DNA of 64,000 nt, from NCBI GenBank assembly GCA_963761335.1, contig CAVXGR010000016.1:332608-396607 (forward strand), read 5' to 3'. Numbering within the stretch: the first letter of the stretch is position 1; each line of letters starts with the position of its first letter. Position numbers and translations under genes: made by a program. This stretch comes from an uncultured delta proteobacterium (lineage in GTDB: Bacteria > Desulfobacterota > Binatia > HRBIN30 > BPIQ01). The notes beneath the pieces were generated by a model. It was not told where the DNA came from, did not search any database, and saw only the letters and a program-made list of their open reading frames with translations. This document shows, piece after piece, positions 30,801-40,320 of the stretch.

Positions 30801-31062
30801 CGCCGAGCCCGAAGCTCTTCAGCTGATCGATGCCGACGTCGTCCATGATGATGAAGACGATGTTCGGCGAGGCGGTTCCCGAGGGAGTCCCTGTCGCGGT
30901 CGCCGCGGGAGTCGGAGTGACCGTCGGGTTCGACTGGCCGGCGGTGTCCGTCGGCGTCGGCAAAGGGAAGGGCGATTCGCCGTTGCCGCAGCCGGCGACG
31001 GCGAACATCGCCGCCAGAAATCCCACAACCAGTCGTCGCGATCGAATGCTAAGGTTCGACAT
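27886..31062 (-). CDS. Lipoprotein sulfatase with Cys-rich inserts and dockerin/EF-hand-like repeats
   Basis: Lipobox VAGC; PNIVFIIMDDVG, CSPSRATIFTGRY, GKYHLG, GDNG; four DxNxDG-like loops. Confidence 0.88.
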   Translation of the reverse strand: MSNLSIRSRRLVVGFLAAMFAVAGCGNGESPFPLPTPTDTAGQSNPTVTPTPAATATGTPSGTASPNIVFIIMDDVGIDQLKSFGLGEGLQAATPNLDALANAGVRFSNAWSMPECSPSRATIFTGRYPLRNGVTSALLPNMLPQAQVSPYETTLPRVLARAGYASAMVGKYHLGNRNPAGNCSPRTLGFDYFDGNMEAGPPAIDSQAGHVESGAASDLMCGFDQREAAGSCYFQDGSCRSDFVAVPAPGGGTESALVTGRSCMEAGGVFVKQPGGCQATAFAACPGDATRSDCVQVGSGEAVLDFERPNGYYAWPDTITSGVLSPDTTTFTDAACGEPPLSRVYMSIAQTSDSIAWYNQQAGPRMLTVSYNSIHTPYQQVPASLSSVAGGQIGCDGNLANDRVLANDMLTTMDREIGRLLASLNLATLDQKGTVETVVDGNGYTQIPELQASNTMVVVVGDNGSFFEVAKLPYDPLRSKGTVYQTGVSVPLIVAGPLVKGPTGRDVKALVNVADLYDLFGEIAGVDPSAVVPPAHILDAQPMLAYLTDANQTPIRDFNFTQLGPGVFDSKVNTESPVNTAARSWPCVFALGGLGSQCDDVIADTQSFCHTNGGIWWGPTDSPDPEVVAAIGAEAAQQGEHSCCAVSAALATADMSPPTLAAINQYAVRNQTYKLVRLDRPDCSADDGHYPPDKLTSSFELYDLTPTGSLGNPLGLDVKGSSLLCDVRSDSPTCLDGSACDLGTPTSCLTTVQMMNYERLQEELQHVLSSQAMCEGDGNLDQRVDQRDADGVTAFTTAMSPLTGKVGGQSFFDLNTDAETNGADAQIVTANLGMDCIGSCRRSDLNHDGYVDAADTSLLEQAIGPCELCGADLNDDGQVDDADRAILDGQLGCSTPTPKPTPLPTQSTPTPRSTPTPLLCNNQCIPDAVSRQCGCDLYVPDQTTLPPDSGVSCDAVCQEYASCQRLPGPVEIGYTCDATLCTSRDVGLATEACYGIQSCDVSEILKAERAAGCSCCASQLCGCDASAVTNGEVRALDNEQRNRGETPQCDINGTLCGG

Positions 31063-34000
31063 GACTCCTCCTCTTTCTCTGCTGGCCTGCCGGCCGCTGA
31101 CCGTCACTTGACGGATTTTCGACTCTCCCACCTTCGACTCTCCCACCGCGGGACCGGAGCAGACTGAAGAGAGCCGCAAAGAGCAACAGCGCGATCAGTC
31201 CGTTCGACCCGTGAGCGGAGGAATCCGAAATCGCGCAGCCGTCTCCGGTCGCCGGTACACCCGCCGTCGCCGTGGGCACCGGCACCGTCGGCGTCGTCGC
31301 CGGCACGGTCGCGGTCGGAGTTGGCGGCGGCGTCTCGCCGACGTCCAGGTCGGCCGTTCCGAGGATCGCCGTCCGACCATCGACGACAGCGGTCGCCAGG
31401 ATCTGGTATCGGCCGATCTCCCGTGGCACGAACGGTACCTGCGCCTCGCTTACACGCCCGGAGCGAATCCGCGAGAGGACTTCCTCGTCGAACGCCGGCA
31501 ACTTGGCGATCACCTCGTCCGGGCTCATATCCGCGGCTGTGGGCGGTATCGCGTAGAAGCGAACGACCTGGCCGTCGATCTTGTTGCCCAGCGCCCGCAT
31601 GGCGGCGCGCACCACGGTCTTCTGTCCCGGCAGTACCACCTCGGGGGTGACGCTCACGCGGTCGAGCTGGAGCTTCCCCTGGACGAGTGCCGCGACCGGT
31701 CTGAGGACCGCAGAGCCGGTGACTGACAGCTGGCTCGCCTCCGTCGTCGCCGGCGCGACGTAGAAGGCAACGTGATAGTACCCGACGTTGTTGCTGAACT
31801 CGTCGATGCAGGTGTTGCACAGGCAATTGCCGCAGTCGCTGTTGGAGGTGCAGGCCCTTCCGGAGACCGCACAGGTGCCGTTCGTAGCGCACGTATTGTC
31901 CGCCGCGCCGGGGCAGTCGCTGTCTGCAGTGCAAGCGCCGCGCGTCGCCCGGCAGCTTCCGTTCACGCAGCTGTTGTCCTTCGGGCAGAGGTCGGCGATC
32001 GACTTGAGTGGGCCGGGGATCCCCGTCAGCGAGTGATCCGGCAGCTCCTGCACGAGCGCGGGATTGCCGTTGATGTCTTGACCCTGGAGATACGTGACGA
32101 CCCAGAACACGAAGTACTTGTCGCCGCAGCCGCCGCTTCCGCAGACGGAGGAATCGCCGGTATCGAAGGTCGTGTTCGCCAGCGCCCAGTTCGGCTGCCC
32201 GGGGTGATTCGCAGACTCGAAACCCGGAAGTGGATCAAGCGTGTCCTCTCCGAGGAACAGGCTGTCGGCGGCCTGGTTCGCGATGCAGCACGCATCGCAG
32301 CTATCCTGGCAGGAAATCACGGCGCCGCCGGGCTGGGTGCAGCTCTCACTGTGATTGTAGTAGCCAGCCGGCGCCGAGCAGGTCGCGTCCCATGGCTGCG
32401 CATAGAAATCGACCTTGATCTGGGTTCCCTGCGGCATGTCCTGCAGGCTGTAGTTGTACACCCGTGCCTGGAGCGAGAGCAGGTCGCCTTCGTTGGCCTG
32501 CTCCAGCTGAGGGCCCTGGCTCGGGGTGGCCGCCGGGGTGATGAAGAACCCCCGCATCTGGTAGAATCCGTCGCTCCACAAGTCCTGCGGCGTCGGGTCG
32601 GCCGGATCGTACGAGATGCAGTCGGCCGTCACGTCGTTGGCCGCGCTCACCGGACGGCACTGTGTCAGGGAGGGATCGGAGCTTCCCTTCCCCGGAGGAG
32701 CGCTCAGGTGCACGGGGCGATTGAGCGCCAGATCGACGTAGTGATTGTACGCGCCCGTCTGCCACCACGACCCGCTTCCCTCCTTCTTCACGTCGACGGT
32801 GAAGGCAGTGCGGAGCACCCCGTTCGTCTGTACCTCCGCACTCGTCGGCGTCAGGGGCTGGAGCGTGCCCGGGGCCGGCGCGCTGCCGAAGATATAGCCC
32901 TGCCCGAAGTAGGCGAACTTGTCCGGATCCAGGAAGGTGCCCGGCTGACCGACGGTGATACCGGTCGAGGCGTCCAGGCTGCTGCTGTTCGTCCGCGCCG
33001 TGCTGAGCGCCTCGTTGGCGTTGATCGAGATCGACTCCGACAGCTTCGCCCCCGCGACGCTCGATGTGAGGCTCGGCGTCGAAGCCGTCATCGTCTCGGT
33101 CAGGCTCTGCGAGAACTGGCCGCCGTTGCTGACCGTTTTGCTCGACCCGCTCCCGGCGCTCCAGTTCAACGAGTACGAGACATCCGACTCGTCGGTCTTG
33201 AACGAAGCCGCCTCCGACAGCAGCGAGTAGCCGCTGCCGTTGGCGTCGCAGATGTTGACTCCATATCGGGAGGCGAGCTGCGCACAGCTCGACGGATAGG
33301 ACAGAATCTGTCCGGGCTCATGGACTGGCTGGTACCACTCGAGGCCGCTGTCGTCCGCATAGGTCGATGAGACCGAGGTGTCTCCCGAGTACTGCACGTA
33401 GAGCTGCTGCTGGTCGGCGACCGGGCAGGTGGTGGCGTCGTTCGGACAATCGGCGTCGGTCGAGCACGACACTTTTGTCGAGATGCTGCAGGTTCCGTCC
33501 TGGCAGCTATCGACGCAAACCGTCTGGCCAAGGACGGGATAGTAATAGACGTTGTAGTCGCGGCTCGTATACCAGATGAAGTCGTGCAATCCGGTCTTCG
33601 CGCTCACGGACTCGCTGCTGCCCTCGTAGCTGCTGTTCGTCTTGCTGACGGAGTGATCGTACGTGTTGCTGGCGGCGAAGCTCACCTCCTGCGTGAACTC
33701 GATCCCCGTCGGAGTGAGCGACTTGGTCTTCTCGCTCAGCTTGACCGAGGCGCCGAGCGACCAGCTCGACATATCGGTGGTGGACTTCGACGACTGGTTG
33801 CTCTCTGCAAATGAGTACTCCGAGTTGTACTCCGAGGGCAGCATGCTGAAGTTCATCAGGCAGCGCAGCGGGGAGCCGTCCGCACAAGTGGTGTCCGAAG
33901 CCAGGTCGGTACAGTTGCAGATGTTGCTTGTACTGAAGCTCGTCGGGCAGTCGTTCGGGGTCGGATTGCAGTACTCGGTCTCGCCGACGTCACCGAACGA

Positions 34001-35878
34001 GAGCCAGTCGGCCTGCATCGGCGGAGCGCCGACGACGAGGTCGGGCTGGATCGACGTCTGGACACGGACGACGCTCGGAGCGCCCAGCCGTTGTGAGCGG
34101 CCCTGCAGGTCGCCGGCGCGCAGCAGGCTGCCGGCGCGGATGCCGCGGTCGACCGCGGGTGTCAGGAAGCTCTGAACGCTGAATTGCTGGATCTGCTTCA
34201 AGGGGAACACCGCCGCCGCCTCGGTGCTGTCCGGATCGGCGCCGTAAACGAACACGAGACTCGAGTGATCGGTGCTGCGCGCCATCAGAAATGCCGCGAT
34301 CTGCAGGTTGTAGTTGTTCGGCTTGATGTAGGAGCAGACGCCGTCCGAGGTACAGGACCCCATGCAGTCGCCGTCCGCAGTGCAAGCGTAGCCCGAGATC
34401 GCGCAGACGCTGCTCTTGCACGTGTCCGTGCAGTCGCCGTCTCGGCTGCACGAGGTCGAGGTGTCCGCGGTGGGCGCGGAGCTGAAGCGGCCGATGGCCA
34501 AGCCGGCGAAGGACTTGTCGTGGTCGGTCGAGAACGGGTCATCCTGCGAGGTCATCGTCAGGTTGGCGTCGAAGGCGATCACCAGAACATTGTGGTCCGT
34601 CCCGCCGGAGATGGCGATCGCGACGTTGTCCCTGGCGGCCGACCAGTCCAACCTGCCGGCGGTGGCGTAGATCGAAGACGGAGTGCTGATGTGGCCGTGC
34701 GGTCCCAGGTTGTCGAGCTCGTGCTCGAACTTCGGCGAGAGCTTGTCGCCGGTCACCGAGGTGACGTTGCCCTGCGAGTCGGCGATTACGTCGTACGGCG
34801 TGAAGCTGTAGACCTCGGCGACGACCTTGCATTCCTTGCCGGAGTCTTCGTAGAGCGGAACGACGAGGAGCTCGTCGCCCCCGGTACCATCGTACTGTCC
34901 CGCCGCCACCGCCATGGCCGGAGCTCGCAGCTCGCTGCCGTCCTGGTTGTTGTCGTTCTGGGTGCACTTGCCGCCGACGGTCACGATCGATCCGGTGGGT
35001 GCCGAGGGGGTGATCGTGGCGCTGGAGAGCACGATGTCAAAAGGATTGGCGCCCTCGCAGACCGTGTTGGCCACCGGACCGGGGCACACGGTCGCAAGAT
35101 GGACCACGGGCGTATTCCCGCTGCTGAAGCCCGTGCCCATCCAGGCGACGTCGAGATTGCCGTCGTTGTTGAAGTCCCCGACCGTCGGATCGGCCATCGG
35201 CGTCAGCCCGCTACCCGTCTGCAGCGACGCCACGATGCTGACGCCGCTCGCCGGCGAGCTCGTGTCGTTCGCGGTCGCGATGTAGGTCCACTCGTCCGTG
35301 CTGATGAACAGATCGTCGAACCCGTCGCCGTTGAAATCGCCGACAGCGGTGTGCAGCCAGCGGTTGCGGACGTCGATCGACGCGATGGAGGTATAGCGCC
35401 TTCCGGCTACGGGGTCGTCGATGTAGAAGGTCATGGTGCCCGCCTGCTGATTCGAGCAGTCGGTGCCGCCGGCGCCCTCTGTCGGCGCAAACGTCACGAT
35501 CACGTCGTTTGGGAGATTGAACATGCGCATCGTCTGCGTCTGCTGCGGGAAGGGAACGCTCGAGGGGGAGTGCGCGACGCACGAGAGATCGACAACTTTC
35601 TTCGCCGCTACGGTATCGGCTGTGCTGATCGTCATGTCGTCGGTGTCGAGACCGAAGTACTGCGCCTTCGTCTCCGTGCTCGAGATCGAAGCGGGGTCCG
35701 CAACGACCAGGTCGTCCGAGCGGACCAGATAGCTTGTCCCGCTCAACACGTCGTCGGTGTCGGCGACCGTCTGCGCCGTGGCGCGCGCCGCGCCCACCAT
35801 CGCCGTGAACGCCAACGCCGAAATCACCAGCCAAACCACCCGGCGTCGACCCATCTCGCCCGGACCTCCTGATTCCAT
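31049..35878 (-). CDS. Large secreted FG-GAP-repeat, Cys-rich protein with C-terminal membrane anchor
   Basis: Signal peptide; GDFNGDGFDDL, GDFNNDGNLDV; C-x6-C-x4-DC repeats; PT linker, GDGCAI, hydrophobic helix and basic tail. Confidence 0.8.
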   Translation of the reverse strand: MESGGPGEMGRRRVVWLVISALAFTAMVGAARATAQTVADTDDVLSGTSYLVRSDDLVVADPASISSTETKAQYFGLDTDDMTISTADTVAAKKVVDLSCVAHSPSSVPFPQQTQTMRMFNLPNDVIVTFAPTEGAGGTDCSNQQAGTMTFYIDDPVAGRRYTSIASIDVRNRWLHTAVGDFNGDGFDDLFISTDEWTYIATANDTSSPASGVSIVASLQTGSGLTPMADPTVGDFNNDGNLDVAWMGTGFSSGNTPVVHLATVCPGPVANTVCEGANPFDIVLSSATITPSAPTGSIVTVGGKCTQNDNNQDGSELRAPAMAVAAGQYDGTGGDELLVVPLYEDSGKECKVVAEVYSFTPYDVIADSQGNVTSVTGDKLSPKFEHELDNLGPHGHISTPSSIYATAGRLDWSAARDNVAIAISGGTDHNVLVIAFDANLTMTSQDDPFSTDHDKSFAGLAIGRFSSAPTADTSTSCSRDGDCTDTCKSSVCAISGYACTADGDCMGSCTSDGVCSYIKPNNYNLQIAAFLMARSTDHSSLVFVYGADPDSTEAAAVFPLKQIQQFSVQSFLTPAVDRGIRAGSLLRAGDLQGRSQRLGAPSVVRVQTSIQPDLVVGAPPMQADWLSFGDVGETEYCNPTPNDCPTSFSTSNICNCTDLASDTTCADGSPLRCLMNFSMLPSEYNSEYSFAESNQSSKSTTDMSSWSLGASVKLSEKTKSLTPTGIEFTQEVSFAASNTYDHSVSKTNSSYEGSSESVSAKTGLHDFIWYTSRDYNVYYYPVLGQTVCVDSCQDGTCSISTKVSCSTDADCPNDATTCPVADQQQLYVQYSGDTSVSSTYADDSGLEWYQPVHEPGQILSYPSSCAQLASRYGVNICDANGSGYSLLSEAASFKTDESDVSYSLNWSAGSGSSKTVSNGGQFSQSLTETMTASTPSLTSSVAGAKLSESISINANEALSTARTNSSSLDASTGITVGQPGTFLDPDKFAYFGQGYIFGSAPAPGTLQPLTPTSAEVQTNGVLRTAFTVDVKKEGSGSWWQTGAYNHYVDLALNRPVHLSAPPGKGSSDPSLTQCRPVSAANDVTADCISYDPADPTPQDLWSDGFYQMRGFFITPAATPSQGPQLEQANEGDLLSLQARVYNYSLQDMPQGTQIKVDFYAQPWDATCSAPAGYYNHSESCTQPGGAVISCQDSCDACCIANQAADSLFLGEDTLDPLPGFESANHPGQPNWALANTTFDTGDSSVCGSGGCGDKYFVFWVVTYLQGQDINGNPALVQELPDHSLTGIPGPLKSIADLCPKDNSCVNGSCRATRGACTADSDCPGAADNTCATNGTCAVSGRACTSNSDCGNCLCNTCIDEFSNNVGYYHVAFYVAPATTEASQLSVTGSAVLRPVAALVQGKLQLDRVSVTPEVVLPGQKTVVRAAMRALGNKIDGQVVRFYAIPPTAADMSPDEVIAKLPAFDEEVLSRIRSGRVSEAQVPFVPREIGRYQILATAVVDGRTAILGTADLDVGETPPPTPTATVPATTPTVPVPTATAGVPATGDGCAISDSSAHGSNGLIALLLFAALFSLLRSRGGRVEGGRVENPSSDGQRPAGQQRKRRSHVEP

Positions 35879-36131
35879 GGCTCCACTCCTCCCTTTCCCG
35901 ACCCGGGTCGGCAGCCGCTGGGCAAAACAATTTGCCGGCAGGTCATTGATTGGCTGGCCGCCCCATCCCGGTCTGCTCGTGCAGGCGAGTGATTCGTCCG
36001 TCCCCGCGATCTCGGTTTGTACGTTCCGCGACAGTATACCCCCCTGCAGCCCCAACTTCGAGGCACTTCTCTTTGCCCAACACGAAGAACTCTTTGCCGG
36101 GAGCGAAACATTGTGGTTTTCAGGAAGCGAT

Positions 36132-36255
36132 ATGGCTACGGTCGAGCGCAGAGTCGACCATGGGAACGTGGATTCAGGCCATCGTGCGTGCGTTGGGCGC
36201 GCAGGGCATCAATGGAACCGAGCTGGCGCTGCGGGCCGGCATCAGCCCGCGCTAG
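36132..36255 (+). pseudogene. 5' remnant of an AraC regulator paralog, cut by IS1380
   Basis: MGTWIQAIVRALGAQGINGTELALRAGISPR* versus intact MGTWIQAIVRALDARGINGTEQALRAGISPRV at 26831 (-). Confidence 0.88.
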
Positions 36256-38120
36256 GCCCAAAACAAGCGCCTGTGGATAACCAAATCGCCTCGCCGGCCC
36301 CTGCAGACCCGCGCGAGTGGCACTATGGTAACGTCCCTTGTAGTAAATGACTGATGACACCCATATGTTTGCTGCAACCTGCGCGGTGCAGCACCGCAAG
36401 TGGGCAAATCGCCGCCCAGCGGGTAGTGACCTGCTTTCGTCCCATGCGATGCGAGGGGAAGAGCGGCCACATCGCGTGGTGTCGCTACGCTTCGCGCCAT
36501 TGTCGAAAGTGCTGCAGGCCGTCGAGCAATACCGGCGCCCATGGCGTGTAGCTGAGAATCCGCAACACGGTGCGCCGTGCCGTGCTCAGCACCTGGCACG
36601 GGATCAGCATCACGCTGTTGAGAAAGCGGCGGAACTCCATGCGTCGGATCTCGCTGGCCGGTTCGCCCTTGGGCAGGAGCTGTCCGAGCCAGATCTTCAG
36701 ATTCCAGGCCAGAGCGCCGATCACCATGTAGGTCCAGTTCGACACCAGCGTGTCGGACGGCATACGCATCGCCTGCACGCCGTTCTTGAGCTGCTCGATG
36801 AGGTTCTCCTGATTGCAGCGGGCGTTGCTTTGAAAGACCACGTCTTCGGCCGAGAGCTCGGCCTTGCCGACGTTGGTGACGTAGAAGAAAAAGCGGCACT
36901 CGAAGAACAGCAATTGCTGACGCTCCTCGACCCGGATCAGCTTCTTGAGCACGACCACCCGGTAGCTGCGCTTGCAGGCCCCGGGCTGGTAGGTGAACTC
37001 CGCGATCTTTTCGTCGTCGCCCACCAGCTTGGTGTAGCCGCGCTCGTTGACGATCCGGTCCTTGACATTGTCCGGTCGTGCCCGCTCCCCGGTCGGCTCG
37101 TTGCCTGGACGCTCAAGCAGCTTCCACTCCTTGTCCGACAAGGCCCTGGCGCGATCCACCAGCGTATCGATACAGTCCATGCCAAAGACGAATTGCACCG
37201 CGTCTTCGTGCCAGCGGTCGAAGTTGCGGGTCAGCGAAAAGTCCGTGTCCCCGCGCAGGCGCACCCGCTTGAAGCCGCCCCGACGCGCCAGAGCGATCGC
37301 GGCATCCATGTACTCGGCTGCGCCGTCGTGCGAGGGCCGGTTGCCCGAGCGATTGACCGTGAAGAGCACCTCCTGGGTATTGGCCAGGCTCACCAGCAGC
37401 GGCGCGTATCCCCACTGCCCCTTGTAGCTCATGTCCATGCCCTCTTTGCACTGGCCGGCAGTCGGAGCAATGGTTCCGTCGCTGTCGATCAATGCCAGCT
37501 TCCTGTCTTGCCGCGACAGCCCCTTCTTCCACACCCGCACGCGCGTCTCGTTGATGGCGCGTATCAGCGCCTTCACATTGTCGGCCTCGAATCGTCGCAG
37601 GAAGTCTCCGGCCGTGGTCGGATCCGGAACACGCTGGCAGCCCAATGTGTTCAGATACGCTTCGTCCTGACGCAGCCGCTCGAGATCCTCCAGACGCGTG
37701 CCGCCCGACATGATGTTGTACGTCAGATTCAGCACGTGGTCGGACTCGTGATACGGGAAGTGTCGCTTGAACACCTCGACGTGGCGGTCGATGCTTTCGG
37801 CAAGACCGATCGAGCGCACCATTTCGTGGATCACTCCGATGCCGCCGCACGGTGTCGCTTGAATACGCGCCGACATCTCATAGCGTACATTGCTCCCGGC
37901 GATCATCGGTCGCGACAGGTCGTCCGGAATATTGTCGCGGTCCAACCGCGCCTGAATCCGCGCCCCTCGTTCCTCCAGCACCGCAGCATCCCGAACCCTC
38001 ATCTGAAACCTCCCCACACCGCCTCATCTCGACCGCGTCAGACACAGAGATTAGCCTTGTGCGACAAGGGTTTCCAGCGACGTGCTGCGATTTTCCCATT
38101 CCCAGGTGCTTTTTCAGGGC
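36256..38120 (-). mobile_element. IS1380-family insertion sequence
   Basis: Imperfect TIRs GCCCAAAACAAGCGCCTG / rc GCCCTGAAAAAGCACCTG (14/18); CTAG on both sides (36252-36255, 38121-38124). Confidence 0.85.
36485..38002 (-). CDS. IS1380-family DDE transposase
   Basis: RLEDLERLRQD, PDPTTAGDFLRRF, IDSDGT, LRGDTDF, RCNQENLIEQLK, LAWNL. Confidence 0.92.
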   Translation of the reverse strand: MRVRDAAVLEERGARIQARLDRDNIPDDLSRPMIAGSNVRYEMSARIQATPCGGIGVIHEMVRSIGLAESIDRHVEVFKRHFPYHESDHVLNLTYNIMSGGTRLEDLERLRQDEAYLNTLGCQRVPDPTTAGDFLRRFEADNVKALIRAINETRVRVWKKGLSRQDRKLALIDSDGTIAPTAGQCKEGMDMSYKGQWGYAPLLVSLANTQEVLFTVNRSGNRPSHDGAAEYMDAAIALARRGGFKRVRLRGDTDFSLTRNFDRWHEDAVQFVFGMDCIDTLVDRARALSDKEWKLLERPGNEPTGERARPDNVKDRIVNERGYTKLVGDDEKIAEFTYQPGACKRSYRVVVLKKLIRVEERQQLLFFECRFFFYVTNVGKAELSAEDVVFQSNARCNQENLIEQLKNGVQAMRMPSDTLVSNWTYMVIGALAWNLKIWLGQLLPKGEPASEIRRMEFRRFLNSVMLIPCQVLSTARRTVLRILSYTPWAPVLLDGLQHFRQWREA

Positions 38121-38133
38121 CTAGGCTCGTGCG

Positions 38134-40014
38134 GTGCGAGATCACCCGAACATCCTCTTCCTGATGACCGATCAGGAGCGCCATCCGGCGGTGTACGAGA
38201 GCGCCGCGGTGCGGCGCTTTCGCGACGAGCAGCTTCCGGCGCGCCAGTGGCTGCGGGAGAACGGGGTCGAGTTCGTGCATCACTATGCCGGCTCGACGGC
38301 GTGCTCGCCGAGCCGCCCGACGCTGTTCACGGGCCACTATCCGAGCCTGCACACGGTGACGCAGACCTCGGGGCTCGCCAAGCTCGACGGCGATCCACGC
38401 CTGCGCTGGTTGCGGCCGCGCGACGTGCCGACCCTCGGCGACTGGTTCCGTGCCGCCGGATACGACACGGTTTACAACGGCAAGTGGCACATGTCCGAGG
38501 AGGACCTGCGCAACCCGGCCGGCAAGGCGCTGCGGACGCTGGACGATGCGGGGCGGGTGCTCGAGGACGGCGTCGCCGCCTACATCCGCGAGAACCGACT
38601 CGACAAGTTCGGCTTCGCCGGCTGGGTCGGCCCCGAGCCGCATGGCCCCGAGATCGCCCGCTCCGGCAGTCGCGCCGACGTCTTCTTCGCCGGCCAATCG
38701 GTCGCCTGGCTCGAGGAGCGCGGCGCGCGGCGGGCACGCGGCGCGCCCGCCGCCGAGCGGCCGTTCCTGCTGGTGACGAGCTTCGTGAACCCGCACGACA
38801 TCTGTCTCTGGCCGGGATGGGTGTTGAGACGGCCGACGCCCCTCTTCGACAAGACCGTGCCCGACATCGGATCGACGCCGACCGACGGCGAGAACCTCGG
38901 CTCCAAGCCCGCCGCACAGCGTGGCTATCGCCAGGCCTACAAGCGAATGTACGGCCCGCCCTGGCTGATGGACACGCTGTACGATCGCCACCTCGACGCC
39001 TACAGGCGCTTCTATCACTACCTCCACAAGGTGGTGGACGTGCAGATCGGGAGGGTCCTGGAAGCGCTTCGCCGCAGCCCCTTCCTGGAGAACACGATCA
39101 TCGTGTTCACCTCCGACCACGGCGAGCTGCTCGGCGCGCACGGCGGCATGCACCAGAAGTGGTTCAACATGTATGAGGAGACCGTCCGCGTGCCGCTGCT
39201 GATCCGCGACGCCGGCGACTCGGGACGAGTCGGCCGCGTCGAGACGGCGATCACCTCACACGTCGACCTGGTGCCGACCTTGCTCGGGCTGGCCGGCGTC
39301 GACGTCGCCGCGGCGCGGACGTCGCTCGAGGCGACCCACGCCGAGGTGCATGCGCTCGTCGGCCGCGACCTGAGCCCGCTGCTGCGCGGGACCGGCGAGC
39401 CGGTGTCCTCCGGTGACGACGCCGTCTACTTCATGACCGAGGACCAGATCGTCGAGGGGCGAGAGCAGACGGCCGCGATCGTCCGCAACCTTCCCGCCCT
39501 GGGGCGCTTTCTACCGAGCGCCTACGACTCGGTCCGCGACGGTCCGAGCTGCATCGAGGGCGTGGTGGCGTATCTCGACGCGGCACAGACGCCGGCGGCG
39601 CCGGCGACCGCCGGTGACCGGCGCCGCCGGCGCTGGAAGCTGGCGCGCTACTTCGACGACCCCGACGTCTGGTCGCATCCCGGGCGCTATGACGAGTACT
39701 GCTATCAGGAGCCGCCGCGGGTGGGCGAGCTGGTGCGCCGCAGCGCGCCATTGGCGGACGAGCTCGAGCTCTACGACCTCGACGCCGACCCCTGCGAGGC
39801 GCGCAACCTCGCCGCCGACCCGGAGTATGCCGCCGTGCGCGAGGCGATGCTCGGGCTGCTGGCGTGCCAGCGGAAACAAAAGCGACTGGCACGTCGGCGA
39901 CCGATCCCGTACGCCGATGTCGAGCCGCTGGCGGCGCCGCCGCAGCGGCTTCTGACGCTGCGCCAACCGCCGGCCTGGCTGGTCCGCCTGATCGACCGCG
40001 CCACCCGGCTGTAG
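38134..40014 (+). CDS. Sulfatase-like hydrolase
   Basis: PNILFLMTDQER, CSPSRPTLFTG, GKWH, TSDHGELLGAHG, ELYDLDADP; start may be clipped by the IS. Confidence 0.9.
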   Translation: MRDHPNILFLMTDQERHPAVYESAAVRRFRDEQLPARQWLRENGVEFVHHYAGSTACSPSRPTLFTGHYPSLHTVTQTSGLAKLDGDPRLRWLRPRDVPTLGDWFRAAGYDTVYNGKWHMSEEDLRNPAGKALRTLDDAGRVLEDGVAAYIRENRLDKFGFAGWVGPEPHGPEIARSGSRADVFFAGQSVAWLEERGARRARGAPAAERPFLLVTSFVNPHDICLWPGWVLRRPTPLFDKTVPDIGSTPTDGENLGSKPAAQRGYRQAYKRMYGPPWLMDTLYDRHLDAYRRFYHYLHKVVDVQIGRVLEALRRSPFLENTIIVFTSDHGELLGAHGGMHQKWFNMYEETVRVPLLIRDAGDSGRVGRVETAITSHVDLVPTLLGLAGVDVAAARTSLEATHAEVHALVGRDLSPLLRGTGEPVSSGDDAVYFMTEDQIVEGREQTAAIVRNLPALGRFLPSAYDSVRDGPSCIEGVVAYLDAAQTPAAPATAGDRRRRRWKLARYFDDPDVWSHPGRYDEYCYQEPPRVGELVRRSAPLADELELYDLDADPCEARNLAADPEYAAVREAMLGLLACQRKQKRLARRRPIPYADVEPLAAPPQRLLTLRQPPAWLVRLIDRATRL

Positions 40015-40320
40015 GCGTTCAGCGGACAAGTCTGCCTGAAGGTCCGCTTCGACGTAACACCGGAGTATCAGGGGCTCCCCGGGGGGTGAAGATCGGCAAC
40101 CTCGGCAAGCGCTCGAGGTGGCAGTACCGCCGGCGCCTTGAAACAGGAGGACTGACATCGCCGCGAAGATGCGCAAGGTGCCGTCATTCCGAGCGCCACC
40201 AAAGAATCCTCCCACGACGTGGCACGGGTCACAGTCGCTTGCGCTCTACCGCGGCAAGAATTTCCTTGCGCCGCAGCGGCGCCTTCGTCTATGGTGCCGC
40301 CGCTTCAGATGACCACCAGG

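Noticed and set aside
31119..31148. 15-bp tandem duplication TTCGACTCTCCCACC x2
   Set aside because: Short in-frame slippage in the tail after the membrane anchor; no evidence of function
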